The notes beneath the pieces were generated by a model. The model saw only the letters and a list, made by a program, of their open reading frames with translations. It was not told where the DNA came from and searched no databases. From the NCBI GenBank assembly GCA_002269645.1, contig NIVC01001546.1, forward strand, positions 1-64,000: a stretch of DNA of 64,000 nucleotides, in the 5' to 3' direction. Position numbers and translations under genes: made by a program. This stretch comes from Macrostomum lignano. Its lineage: Eukaryota. This document shows, one piece after another, positions 40,073 to 52,605 of this stretch (positions are counted from its first letter, which is position 1; every line of letters starts with the position of its first letter).

Positions 40073-43000
40073 TTAAAGCTTGTAGAATGTCTCCTCAACG
40101 TCATTGGCGGAGACTAATTGCTTTGATCGAACCACCAGTTCGGGATTTGCCAGAGCATCAGCCGGTGAGCAGTCGGCTAAGCCGGGATCAGCCACAGTTG
40201 CCAGGGCAGGGGCGCCAGAGCCGTGCTGGCGCCTGGCCTGCTGGCTGTGCAGATAGCGAGCCGTACGCCTGGCAGGCATGCAGCTGTAGGCAGCCTGGGT
40301 GTCTTCCTCTGATAGGCTGCGGCGTGGGGTGGGGACTCTTGCGTGAGGTTCAGGCTACTCTAACTGAGGATCTGGGAGGCTGGCCCAGCGACTGACACTC
40401 TGGGAGGCTGGCCCAGCAACTGAGGATCTGGGGGTCGCCAAGCGACTGAGGATCTGGGAGGCTGGCCCAGCGACTGAGGATCTGGGAGGCTGGCCCAGCA
40501 ACTGAGGATCTGGGAGGCTGGCCCAGCGACTGAGGATCTGGGAGGCTGGCCCAGCAACTGAGGATCTGGGAGGCTGGCCCAGCAACTGAGGATCTGGGAG
40601 GCTGGCCCAGCAACTGAGGATCTGGGAGGGTCGCCAAGCAACTGAGGATCTGGGAGGCTGGCCCAGCAACTGAGGATCTGGGAGGCTGGCCCAGCAACTG
40701 AGGATCTGGGAGGCTGGCCCAGCAACTGAGGACCCGTGAGGGTGGCCAAGCAACTGAGAACCCCATCAAAGCTCTCATATAGTTTAACATTAGATAAAAC
40801 AAAAAACCAATGTAGAAAGTACGAATAAAACCGACCAGCCCTACCTGCTCTCATTCTCCAATTTTTCAACGTTAGTCTTTAACTGCATAAATTTGAGATC
40901 AAATTTTCTCAAAAATTCGTTAGAATCCATCTCGCTAAAATCTCTGTTGCTAGCAAAAGTTTTCGACCTGGTGACGGATGCAGAAGAAGCCGATTTCATC
41001 GAGTGGTTTGGCTTAGCCGAACTGTTAGCAGCCGCAGCAGGCTGAGCAGGTGGCTCATCATCGGCCACAAACTGCTCAAAGCTGACTTCCGCCTCAACCA
41101 CAGTCGCGGGCGGAGTCGGGTTCCTAGAAGAAGTGCCCGAGGCGGAACCGCTGCGACTGCCAGCTGCCGGCCCAGAAAGCTCGGGCACTTTGATGCTGGA
41201 CTTCAACTGTAGACCATCGTTGCTCCACAAGCCGTTGAGTCTTTTTAGCTCTTCCACCTGAGTGGAAAATTAAGATCATTGAGTTAGGCAGTCAACTAAC
41301 AGCCAGCAAGGAGACAAATTAAGAAGTAAAGTTCAGTGGCCCTTGGCCATAGAGGCACACAGATATGCAAGAAAGTATAGATGTAACTTCGATTAATGTT
41401 CTGTACCAAAGTTCGACAAACGTTTTTATAAGGGCCAGATAAAGAATATACTTCATAGTCGCTGGTCAGATGAGAGTGGAAAGGAGAGGGAATAGATGAG
41501 ATATGAGAGAAAGGAGAGAGGGGAGAGGTGAACCTTTGTGTAGGCCAGAGTTTCAAGTAGGCCAGATTACTCTTGTGAAGTTTTAAAAGACCCAAGGGCC
41601 AGATAAAGAGGGGTTTTGTAGGCCTGGCCACATATAGCTAAATACTATTATTTCAATATACAATATCCATATTTTTAATTCATATATTATCTAAAATAAT
41701 AGAAACTTTTAAAAATTTTGGGATTGCAAGAATTCTATCAACTATCAAATTTGAAGCACCTATCTATATAGGCCTAGAGTAGGAGTCAGCAAACTTTTTA
41801 GAGCAAGGGCTAAATAGCCCAACTTTGAAAGGCTTAGAGGCCAATAACAAACAAATGAAAGACCATACTTGCATCATGCCAATATTTATTTTGTTTTATT
41901 TAGTCTTAATTTAGTCTAGAACTAGACTTTCAACATAGGTTAAGCGTAAGAAAGATAAGACCAAGAGAAAAGAGGGTGAAAGCCTAGGGGGCAGATGGAA
42001 TGCTAGATCTAGCCCTGGGGTTGCAAGTTACTAACTCCTAGCCTAGTCTTTTACTGTACAGTTAAGCAGTTTCTATAGGTCAAAAGGGGCTTTAGAATTA
42101 AAATTAAAGAAATTAATTTTTTTTATATTGAACTTTTTTACTAATACTATAGTTGGCACCCTAGTTTTTATTATAAGACCTAGTGTACCAAATAGCATAA
42201 TGATTCTTATGACAAAAAATCTTATCTATTCTTTATAATCTTTATAATATATGTACTAAATAGCAAATTAAACTTAAATTTCCTATAAGCTTTTCATATA
42301 TTTGTTGTTTATTTGCTATATTACTTAAATATTCTATAAATTTAAAGTTATATATTCATTTTGTTTTTTTATAAATTTCAATATTTTGTAATACTTTCCT
42401 ATTTTTTATGAGGGATGTCCCAGAAGTAGTGTCACTTTTGCTTGCTTCCACAAGTACTAATGTGAGTTGAAAAAAAATAATATGCCTTAAAAGTTAGCAG
42501 CTTAATTTAGCTTTCATGCCATGAAAGCCTGATTTTTATAAGTGCTTCCTGCTGCAAGCAGCATGCATTTGTTTGCATACCCTTAGCCATAAAAATACAC
42601 ACTGCATAGTGCTTCTATGCTTACTCAAAAGAAAGCCACAAGTATAGCTGATCAAGCATAGAGTTGCAAGATAGCAGCTGCAAGATTTGTTCCAGTCATG
42701 GACCCTGGCAGTATGGACCCTAACATGGACCCTAACATTCACTCTATAGAATGGCAGAGACATGCAGTTTTTACACTTTAGAGTCCTAGTCAGAAATGCC
42801 CTGAAATTCCCAAAAACCTGACCCACATTCACAGTCTCAATTCCATTAGTTGACAAACAGTTTACAGGTGGATCAAATAGCTCGAGACTGGCTATAGATA
42901 TCAAAGGCCACCTTTGGGTAAGTTGGCAAAACATACTGCTAGCCAGCCTTGAACTGCTGTCTTGCAACTCTGTGCTTGATCAACTGTACTTGTGGCTTTT

Positions 43001-46000
43001 TTCTAAGTGAGCATAGAAGCACTATGCGGTGTGTATTTCTATGGCTAAGGGTATGCGAACAAATGCATACTGCTTACAACAGGAAACACTTATACTCATA
43101 AAATTTGGACTTTTGTGGCATGAAAGCTAAAATAAGCCGCTAATTTTTAAGGCATATGATTTTTTAGCACACATTAATAATTATGGAAGCAAGCAAAAGT
43201 GACACTACTTCTGGGACATCCCTTGTACAATAGCCTAACAAATAAAGGGGATGTCAACTTAAGCACCAGAATGGAGCCCAAAGTTCAGCTCTGGACCAAA
43301 CCGACTGCAATTGATAACTTGTCGGCCCAGACGACTAGAATCGCCGAGACATCCCATCCCGTTTCAAGTGATGAAGCTCTATTCAATTTGAATATCGCAT
43401 TAGCGGGTGTATTTTATTTCAGCTATTATATATTGTTTGCATTGTAATATTTCCGTCATTTATTTTTTCTGGATTTTAGAGAATGTTTTCGCAGTTTTGA
43501 TTTGACCACTTTAGGCCTAAGATTTTCGATACTGTGCATCAAGTATTTGTAGCATTATTTTAAGTGATATATTTTAAGTGATATATTAATGAAGTTAAGG
43601 TTTTTGTCAGTTTTTCTTTCTTAGTTTTATGACAGGTGCAGATTTGTTGCAGATTGTGTTTTATACTTGCTAGTAATGTCCGATTTTACTTGCTCTCAAT
43701 ATGGTCATCAATTCAGCAAAGCAGCCAATTTGAACCGACATCTCGAAACGACTAGATGTGGTCGCTGCTCATCTGAATCGTCTGGAGCCTTCGTGCCTTC
43801 AAGAAACGCACGAGAGGCGCTTCAGTTTCTTGCGGTCGGTGGTAAGCATGTGAAAGTTTTTTTGAACCCAAACCTTTTTCCACGAACCGCAAATGAGAAG
43901 GAGTTCAAATGTATTTGCGGTCTTAGCTATAGTGATTTCGATAGCTTCTCAGAAATGTTACCAGAAGTATCTCGCCTTCGTATTTTGACAAAGCCGTCTC
44001 AAATATTTTTGTACCTGAAGAAGCTTCGCCAAGGTTGCAGCTTTCAATCATTAGCTTTCGATTTCAACATTTCTGCCCAAAGAGCATGCAACATTTTTTG
44101 GGAGATTGCCAAGGAGCAGTACCTACGGGATCCATATCAACCGAGGTCGAAAGCGTCGACTCCGATTCAGACTCTGCTTGAGGAAAATGTAGTACGCGAT
44201 CAATTTATTCTCGGTGTATTTCACACACTACTCAAAGGCAAGAAGCTTGTTCTTCTAGTGGGTGATCATACTTACTTTTATCTCCCTAAGAGCAGCTCAC
44301 ACCACACGCAAATTCGAACTTACTTTTCCGGCAAGAAAATGAATGTGAACAAAAAAATGGCGGTTGTCAACAGTAGAGGAAAAATTATCTACACCGCTCC
44401 CCTTACTGCCACTATCTCGCCAACAATGGGCGATGGGAATTTGACTGCAATGCAAGTTGACATGGAGGCTGAAGGACTAATAGAGCCCACTTTGTTGCGC
44501 ATTCTATGCTCTGTACAGAAAGATTATCATGTTATTGGCATTTTCGACAAAGGTTACAGCCACCAGCTTTGTTCACCAACTTCGGTTAACTTCCACGACT
44601 TTATAGAGACTAATAGTAAAGGCTGCATGACGCTTCTATTTCTGACCAGTCCAGGTGATCGAGTTCTAAACGAGCAGTTTGAATTTGTAAACAATGAGGC
44701 TCCTGTTGGTGACCGATCAATACCAGGAAAGCTTACATCAATCGAAGCAAATACAAGTTGCTGCACTATGCTTTTCCGTTATCTCGTAGAATGTAGCTTT
44801 GCTGCAATCAAGCAGGACAAATGCATAAATGAGCGACAGGAGCCGTACCAATGGCTACATGCCCCAGAGTTTACCGAATGCAGCCAGCTCAATGTTGTTA
44901 TTGAAAACTCCATGGCAAAATTCAACCGTTCGCATCCAGGATTTCAAGCTATAAGGAGTCTGCCGCCGTCATGGTCAGATTGCTCCATGTTTGAATATGG
45001 ATGGAACTTTGCTAAACGTCTTTTCATTGCGAATGAGCTAGACAAAATTGAGCAACTTGAGTACAATTGCGATTTGACTCGAATACCAACGAGTTCTATC
45101 CAAAAATGGACAGCAGTGGATCCCCTGGACCTTGAAAGTTCAGGGTTCCCCAGCGTTGACGAAAGAAATCTGGAAGAGCTTAGCATCGGCCCATACCACG
45201 TTCTTCAGTCAAAACGCTACATCGAAAATGTCAGAGTTCATGAGGTGCTCAGTAGCTACGCTGGAGACTCGTGGCGCGATTTCGAATTTTTGATTTCTGA
45301 ACTGCCAAGCCATTTAAAATGCTGGAAGTTTCATCAGCGAGCGCCACCAAAGGGGTGGAGCAGTAAGTTTGGAGAATGGAGGCCATCTTGGATATATTTA
45401 GCCATTCTTCATTCCCGTCATTGGTCAAAAACTTACTGAGTTGTCCTTCGTATTTGCAAAACTGCAAGTGGTAACCGATTCGGATTTCGTGACTCGGGGC
45501 TGCTGCATCTGCATGGCTACTTTTCATCCTCAAAGGCCGGAAGCAGGACAGCAGGGTGTGACAGTCATGTTATGGCTGTGGTTAGAATGCTAGGCTGTTA
45601 TGCATATCACCCCGAAAGCTACAACATGTGCAGCAGCAGCTTCTGATTTATTGACAGTGCTTTGCCAAAAGCACTGATTGCCAATCTTTACAATGATCAA
45701 TCTGGTGGTCATCCAGCTCCAAATGCACCTCGCAGAGACAGTGCTGAATTGCAGCAAGATGAACAGAGGCACAGTTCAAATGCTACTGGTTCACTGAATT
45801 CGCCGAAGAAGTTATTTGGGTTGCCAAATAATGGCCTGCAGTGCAACACAAATGCAGCAGTGCAATTGTTTCTCTGCCTGCATTCTAATGGATGCATTTT
45901 AAAAGAGACTAGCAACGACCAAGTCCATCGAGAGCTGCTTCATCATCTGACGGAGATGCAACAGTGGTCTGCAATAGTCACTCCACTGTTAATGGCAGTT

Positions 46001-49000
46001 TGGTTGCAACATCCAGATTCATTTCAAACAAATCAGCACCATTGTGTCAACGAATTTGTTCAAACGCTTCTAATACATCTGGAATTTCTGTCATCAGAGG
46101 CTTTCACAGAATTTTCACTCATTCAAACTTGTCGAGATTGCCAGCGCACAAGTGCTGAAGTTCCATTGGCACAATCGATAACAGTGATTTGCATTCCTCT
46201 CTGTAAGTTTGAGTGCTCAATTGTCAGTTTAGGCAAAATCTTCTGCGCTTTTGTCACTCCTCAAGTAGTGAAATGTTTGGACGCCAATTGCTTGGGCAAT
46301 TGTAATCAAGAGATTGTAGTAACACCTGGAAAGTTTACCCTGATTTATCTTGATTGTGCTAGTATGGATGGCCACCTAAAGCTTCAAACTCCTGTAAGCT
46401 TTTCTTCAAGGTCAGGGGGTGTTTCTACACTTGGTAAGCCAGTGGCCACAATATCACACCATGGAAACCGATTGAAATTGGGACATTTCACAGCAAGCAT
46501 ACTGAGCTGTGTGTGGACGAGAATTGACGACATGAAAGTTATGTCAGACTATAACCCGTTCGTACGTGAGCCTGAGTGCATCGTGCTTGTTGCACTTTTA
46601 AACTCGTAAAAGCATTTTTAGCGAAAATACAATTGTTTTAAGCAAGTGTACTGTACGTTTTGTATTGCAGATTTTAAAGGACATGCAGATTAAGAAACAA
46701 TGTCATCTTACGCATTCTTTATGTACCATAGGTTACATGTGAAGATAATTCAGACTGACATCAAATAACAAAAGCTTAGCATTAGTTCTTTCAATTTCTT
46801 TTAGACTCACAATTAGCTAAAAATTGGAAGTATTTTTTACTGAAGCAAAAAACTTAAACCCAAAAACCGTTTCTTAGGACTGAGAAACTTTTGCAATTAT
46901 GATTTTAATAAGCTATGCGTGAGAGGCATTACTTTATTTGCTTAAAAACGTGTGCTGCTTTGCATGACATGCTTTGTTTTTATTACTTTGATAACTTGTA
47001 CAGCTTTGCATGATATGCTTTGTTTCCATTACGTCATAACTTGTACAGCCTTGTGTGATATTCTTTATTTTACCAATATACATGGTTTCGGTTTATCGTC
47101 AAAAGTTCTGCTTACTAATAACCAAATGAATTTACCAGTTTATTTTTTCAAACTGAGTTTCCAGATTGGCATTTTTAACACTGTTTTGATACGAGCAAAT
47201 CATTTTTATTACTTAACAATCAATATATAATAGCTGAAATAAAATACACCCGCTAATGCGATATTTGAATTGAATAGAGCTTCGTCACTTGAAACTGGAT
47301 GGGATGTCTTGGTGATTCTAGTCGTCTGGGCCGACAAGTTATCAATTGCAGTTGGTTTGGTCCGGAGCTGAACTTCGGGCTCCATTCCAGAGCCTTAAGT
47401 TGACATGAGATCCCCATTTTATCCCCTGGGACCCCAAGGAAGGGATCCGGATGGGATGTCTCGGCGATTCTAGTCATCTGGGCCGACAAGTTATTGATTG
47501 CAGTTGGTTTGGTCCGGAGCTGAACTTTGAGCTCCATTCCAGAGCCTTAAGTTGACATGAGATCCCCATTTTATCCCCTTTATCCCCTGGGACCCCAAGG
47601 AAGGGACCCGGATGGGATGTCTTGGCGATTCTAGTCATCTGGGCCGACAAGTTATTGATTGCAGTCGGTTTGGTCCGGAGCTGAACTTTGGGCTCCATTC
47701 TGGTGCTTAAGTTGACATCCCCTTTAGGTGAATTTAATCAAAATCATTTTTTACTCTTTGATAGCTTGTTGACTTATTATAAATGTATAGTTAAGTTCTT
47801 GATATATTTTTATTTATAACTTTTTTGTTACCATAGTATATATTTCAAAAATATTAAAATTAATATGGTAAATAAAGTTGCTATTATGAAAATTTTCAAA
47901 ATGACATTTGCCTAGGGCCTAGTCTTACTCTTGAATTTTATATATATGCTAGAAAATTGTAGCATACAATGGACAAAAATGGTTAGCATAAAGTATCTTG
48001 CTTATGGAACAATCTGCTAGAAAATTGTATCACAGAGCCAGCATATAGCATAGCAAAAGACTAAAATGTCATAATATAAGATAGGGTCCTAGATTGTTGT
48101 AATTCAAAAAAAGTTTTTTGTCACAACTATAAAAAGGTCATTTATTATTGTAACTATAAAAATGTCCTGTATTATTGCAATACCTGTTTATTATATTTTA
48201 AACTATCTCTACATATAAAAATCAAAACTCTGTCTGTGTGTCTGTGTGTGTATCTGTCTGTGGACAATTTTGATTGCTATGGACTCCCAAACCGCTCAAC
48301 CAAATTACACCAAACTTTACACCCACCCTAAACTTACTACGGAGAATGTCTTAGGCTACCTTTAAATTTCCTAGACTCAAGTTTTCCTACCTAAAAGTAC
48401 AAAAAACTGCTCAAAATACGCGATTTTTTCACTAAATCCTCCATAGTGCCGCTCCACTTTTACCGATTCTCTTCAAATTTGACACAGACAATCTTCAACT
48501 ATTTTAGCACAATTATGTAAAATTTAAAGTCTCAAAGTTAATCCTGAGCGGTGCTGTGCACTTTTAAAATTAGGCTGTTTTTTCAGCGTAGCAACCACCC
48601 CAACCTCCGCCCGCCTCTCTTTCCCGATCTGGGCCCAGATGTGTAAAAGGGGTTTCAAAATTGACTAACTTTCAGCTGCCATAAGTTTGCTCCACGTAAA
48701 GCGATTGACTTTAAACTTGACACAATTCTTTATTGACTCATTCTCTATCTAAATGTAAAGTTTCAACTCTGTAACTCAACCGAAAAAGAAACTGTAAGCA
48801 TGTGAAGTTTGTCTGCTTTTTCTGTTGTTTATGCCACTCACTCACTCATTCCCCCAGCCCAGACGAAGGGTCAGGCAATAGGGCTGAATGTACATAGCAA
48901 ATGTACAGTGTTTTAGAATAACTTTTTAATAGCCTTCTCTGTACCCCCGCGCGTGGAGAGGCTACGTTTAGCCATGACAGTTTAGTGAGAAATTCTAACC

Positions 49001-50392
49001 ACTGTCCTCTGTATTGGTACTACGAGTATTGGCAAACTCTGCAGCAGTTTAACAGTGGATGGCAAATCGAGGGAATCCAGCATCCCCAGCACGGTTTGTA
49101 AAAGCGAAAGATTTATGAAAAGGCGATGCAATGCAATACAACCCTACTAAATTAGTCACAGTCACACCATGGAAATTTAAGCTTTCTCTTAAAAATACTT
49201 TGAAATTTAATTGGCCTCCTAAGAAATGCGTATTTCCTTGGTTGTTAGACTGCTGCAGACTGTGGTTGTGGAGCTGGAGAATGGAGATACACAAATTCCT
49301 CTCAGGGCTGCTAATTGGCCAGAAAGATGACGTGATTAAAGCATGAGAAATGATAACCATGATAGTACTACGTCCTATGATAGTACTTTCGAAGCAGGGA
49401 TCGGTAGATTTTTATCTCAAAGGCCAGATAAAGAATCCAGCTCATTGTTGCGGGCCAGATGAGAGTGAAAAGGAAAAGGAATAGACTATTAGAGAGGGAG
49501 GAGGGGCGAGAGGGGGATAAGAGAAAAGATAAAAGATAACAGGAGAGACGAGAGGGTTGAGGAGAGAGCAGAGAATATGGGACGAAGAAGCGAGAGGAGC
49601 GGAGAGAGAAGGGAGAGGAAATAGTAGAGGTGAGAAGATGGAGAGAGAAGAGAGGAGAGATGAGACAGGATCGATCAGAGAGGAGAAAGGAAGGAGAGAT
49701 GATAGAGTAAAGGGAAGAGGAGGAGAGAGGAAAGAAATGAGATTGTAGAGATGAGACAGATGAAAGGAGAGATGAGAGAGTAAAGATGAGAGATTAAAAA
49801 GGTGAGAGGAGAGTTCAGAGAGACGAGAGAAGATAATAGAGAGAGAGTATAGAAGAGGGAAGAGAAAAGAAGAGAGGAGTAAGGAAAGAGAGGAGTCAGA
49901 AGAGGGGAAAAAAGAGTACACAGGAAAGAGGAGAGTAAATATGACAGAAGAGCGAGGGGGATGAGAGAGCAAAGATGAGAGTGAACAGACGAAGGAGAGA
50001 TGAGAAGTGAGATAAGAGAGATAAAGGAGGAGAGAGTGGAGAGAGAAGAGAGAAGACAAGAGAGGGAGACAGTATAGAAGAGGGAAGAGAAGAGAAGAGA
50101 AGAGGAAAAAGGAGAAAGGAAAGAGAGGAGTCAGAAGAGGTGAAAGAGAAGAGTACAAGTGAGAGAACGTATAAGAGAGTAAAGATGACAGATGAGAGAG
50201 CAGAGATGAGGGTAAACAGACGAGAGATGGGAGAGTAGAGAGAACAGAGGAGAGATAAGAGAGAAGAGATTACAGAAACTAGAGGAGAGAGGAGAGACAG
50301 GGAGAGAGAAGTGAGTGAGGAGAGAGAAGAGGAAAGAGGAGAATGAAGAGGGCAGAGAGTAGAGAGGATAAGAGAGATGGGAGAGGAGAGAT

Positions 50393-50436
<44 letters not shown>

Positions 50437-52605
50437 AGAGCAGAGCAGAGAAAAACAGAAGAGATAAGAGAGAAAAGATAAAAGAAGAGAAAGGAAAGAT
50501 GAGAGAGCAGACGAGAGAGAAGAGAGGTGAGGGAAGAGACGAGAGATGAGGGGAGAGAGGAGAGATAAAACAAAAAAAAGAGATGAGAGGAAAGAGAGAG
50601 AGGAAAGAGTAGAGAGAAGGTAGAGACGAGAGAAAAGGGGGAGAGAGGAGAGGAGAAAGAGAGGAAAGGAGAGTCGAGGGACGAGAGAGAAGAGAGGAAA
50701 CAGAAGAGAAGATACAAGTTGCAATCGATCCAAGGTACGTAGGGAGAGTCAAAGGCAGAGGCCAGAGTTTGCCAATGCATGTTTTAGAGTCAGACAGACA
50801 TTGCCCGACATTCTGCGCAGCATGTACCCCAGCCAACAATATCAAATGTTTGCCTCAAATCCTAATTTTACACGAATGTACTTCATTTTATGTTTACTCT
50901 ATCCTACTAACTATTAACAAGTTTTTGTTTGAGTATGACCTCAGATCTCAGAGCACATGCACAAATATTTCCGGGAATCGGAATTCCCCGGGTTCAAAAT
51001 CCACGGGTTTCAACAGCTTGTAATAAATATTTATTTATGAAATAGCTTAAGCATCTTTGATCTTGAAAGAAACTTAATATTTGATATATTAAAATAAATT
51101 TTAAATTAAAAAATGATTGAAAACCTAATAATATTATAAGACATTGCATTAATAATATTAAATATATGTTCTAACATTATTCATTTCATTCTATGCTTTT
51201 TAAAAAGCCTTATTTCAAATCTGCACAAAAATATTATTTGTTTAAATGTTGTGAACCACAAAAATATTTTTGTGACCAATCTTAGTAATAAACAGTTAAG
51301 AATTTTTGTATAAATAAAAGGCCATAACAGGCCAAAAAAAATTATTTATTTATAAGCTAGCAAATTCACTTAGCAAACTAATAGAATTGTTCTATATTAA
51401 AATTGCTAATTGCAGTATTCAAGAGACTTATTCATTTCTTTAGAGTATCAAGTCATATATTAGGAGTATTAGAAATCCACTGAAAGCAAGTATTGCCTCA
51501 GGGCAATAATAACTATAGAATAGTAGAATTGCTTTACCTTTAAGGCAGGAGAAACTGCCTAAGGGCATGAAATTACTTAGAAGCTATGACCCTCTGATCC
51601 TAGGAATATCTAAGGCTAAGAGAAAACCACTATAGGAGCCATACATGCCTAAAACCTATCCAACCCATCCAAACTGGATGGGTGAAATGGCCACTGGCCA
51701 AGGTAAGTAACAAAATCAAAAACAAAAAATTGGGAGAAGAAAGAAAGGAGAGAAAGAGAAAAGGAAAAGAAAGGAAAGAGTAGAGAGAGAGGGGAAGAGG
51801 AGAGAAAAAGAAAGAAAAGAGAAAAGGCAAGAAAAGTCATACAAAAAAAATTAGGTCACAATTGAGAGGAACTAAGTTGCAATTGGGAGAAACTAAATCA
51901 CAATTGGGAGAAACTAAGTTGCATATCTGGACAAAACTACATAAGTCACACCAGACAGGTAAAATTTTAAGGTTGGGCATGTATGATAAAAGCCAATACT
52001 CAATAGTGAGAATAGCTATAGTGCCTTAGACTGCTCAGGCTAGAAATGCAGTACATATACATATATCACCAATAGATAAATACACACTACCAATAAAATA
52101 GTTATAAACAAAGTACATTCATACACTACCAATAAAAGTTAAGTAACAACAGCAAGATCATCTCAGAGGGAAGAAGAAGCCCTGCAACATTTTAATGGCA
52201 TCAGTGTGATGTGATCATTAGGTCTGAAGACAAAAGTTTGGCCCTTTGACAATTATTTAAAACAGATTGGTAAGTATTTATTATATAACATAAAATATTA
52301 TATGCCTAACAAAAAATGCTCATGCCTAGGTTCTCAAGTTCTTACTCTTAGGCCCTCAAGCATATTCCATATAATGCTAGCAAGCACTAAAAAAATAAAG
52401 CAATAAAGCAATAACAACTTACTGTTGTTTCATATTTAATTGCTAAAGACACAAGAGTGTCACTGGGTTTAACTTTGTGGAGTCTTGTCCTCTGAGATGT
52501 TGTTGAAGCACTTTTTAATGTTGCACCATATGTCCGAATTTTCTTAACTGTATTTTTTGGGACAGTTGATCCAGAAGTAAACAATATATCTTTTTCATCA
52601 GCCAT
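40073..52605 (-). CDS. LYSMD1/2: LysM and putative peptidoglycan-binding domain-containing protein (LYSMD1/2-like); 3 coding exons; 11.2-kb first intron
   Basis: Exons 52605-52423, 41257-40845 and 40337-40073. The LysM domain is split across intron 1: RTYG...HKVKPSDTLVSLAIKYETT|VEELKRLNGLWSNDGLQLKSSIKVP. FLRKFDLKF segment; C-terminal EETFYKL. The exon 3 acceptor was chosen by frame and is less certain. Confidence 0.85.
40362..40760. repeat. 28-bp minisatellite in LYSMD intron 2, same family as the HBS1L intron 1 array
   Basis: GAGGATCTGGGAGGCTGGCCCAGCAACT tandem. Confidence 0.92.
42409..43225. mobile_element. Tc1/mariner-type MITE with ~280-bp TIRs
   Basis: TA|TGAGGGATGTCCCAGAAGTAGTGTCAC ... 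GTGACACTACTTCTGGGACATCCCTTG|TA; long imperfect inverted arms; TA duplication. Confidence 0.8.
43245..47724 (+). mobile_element. PIF/Harbinger-ISL2EU-like DNA transposon, 4.48 kb, with TIRs and a TA flank
   Basis: TA|AAGGGGATGTCAACTTAAGCACCAGAATGG ... CCATTCTGGTGCTTAAGTTGACATCCCCTT|TA. The left end 43245-43440 is inverted relative to 47220-47724, where the terminal module is triplicated. Confidence 0.88.
43676..46609 (+). pseudogene. DDE_Tnp_4-type transposase + SWIM-like finger + USP/UCH (peptidase C19) domain in one frame, broken by two TGA codons
   Basis: N-terminal Zn-finger remnant; HTH LKKLRQGCSFQSLAFDFNIS; DDE residues VGDHTY, IFDKGY, LVECSF; TGA at 45437; SWIM-like KAGSRTAGCDSHV; TGA at 45644; USP boxes GLPNNGLQCNTNAAVQ, HHGNRLKLGHFTA, WTRIDDMKV. 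ORFs 43667 and 45662 are in the same frame (difference 1995 nt). Confidence 0.8.
48206..48985 (+). mobile_element. Probable non-autonomous Helitron
   Basis: A|TCTCTACATATAAAAATC...(GTCT/GTGT)n 5' end typical of such elements; GGCTA-CGTT-TAGCC hairpin then TTAG|T, an imperfect CTAG. Confidence 0.45.
49440..50720. repeat. Cryptic GA-rich low-complexity expansion (~1.3 kb)
   Basis: Purine-rich + strand with a (GA)n core; explains the Leu/Ser ORFs on the minus strand. Confidence 0.9.

Noticed and set aside
45437-45646. Selenocysteine or programmed readthrough at the two in-frame TGAs
   Set aside because: Neither stop has the leaky UGA-C context, no SECIS is evident, and the SWIM cysteines between them have decayed. 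Simple nonsense mutation is more parsimonious.
49040-49340. piggyBac-like transposase fragment
   Set aside because: Only a faint resemblance across several stops, with no TTAA or TIR found.
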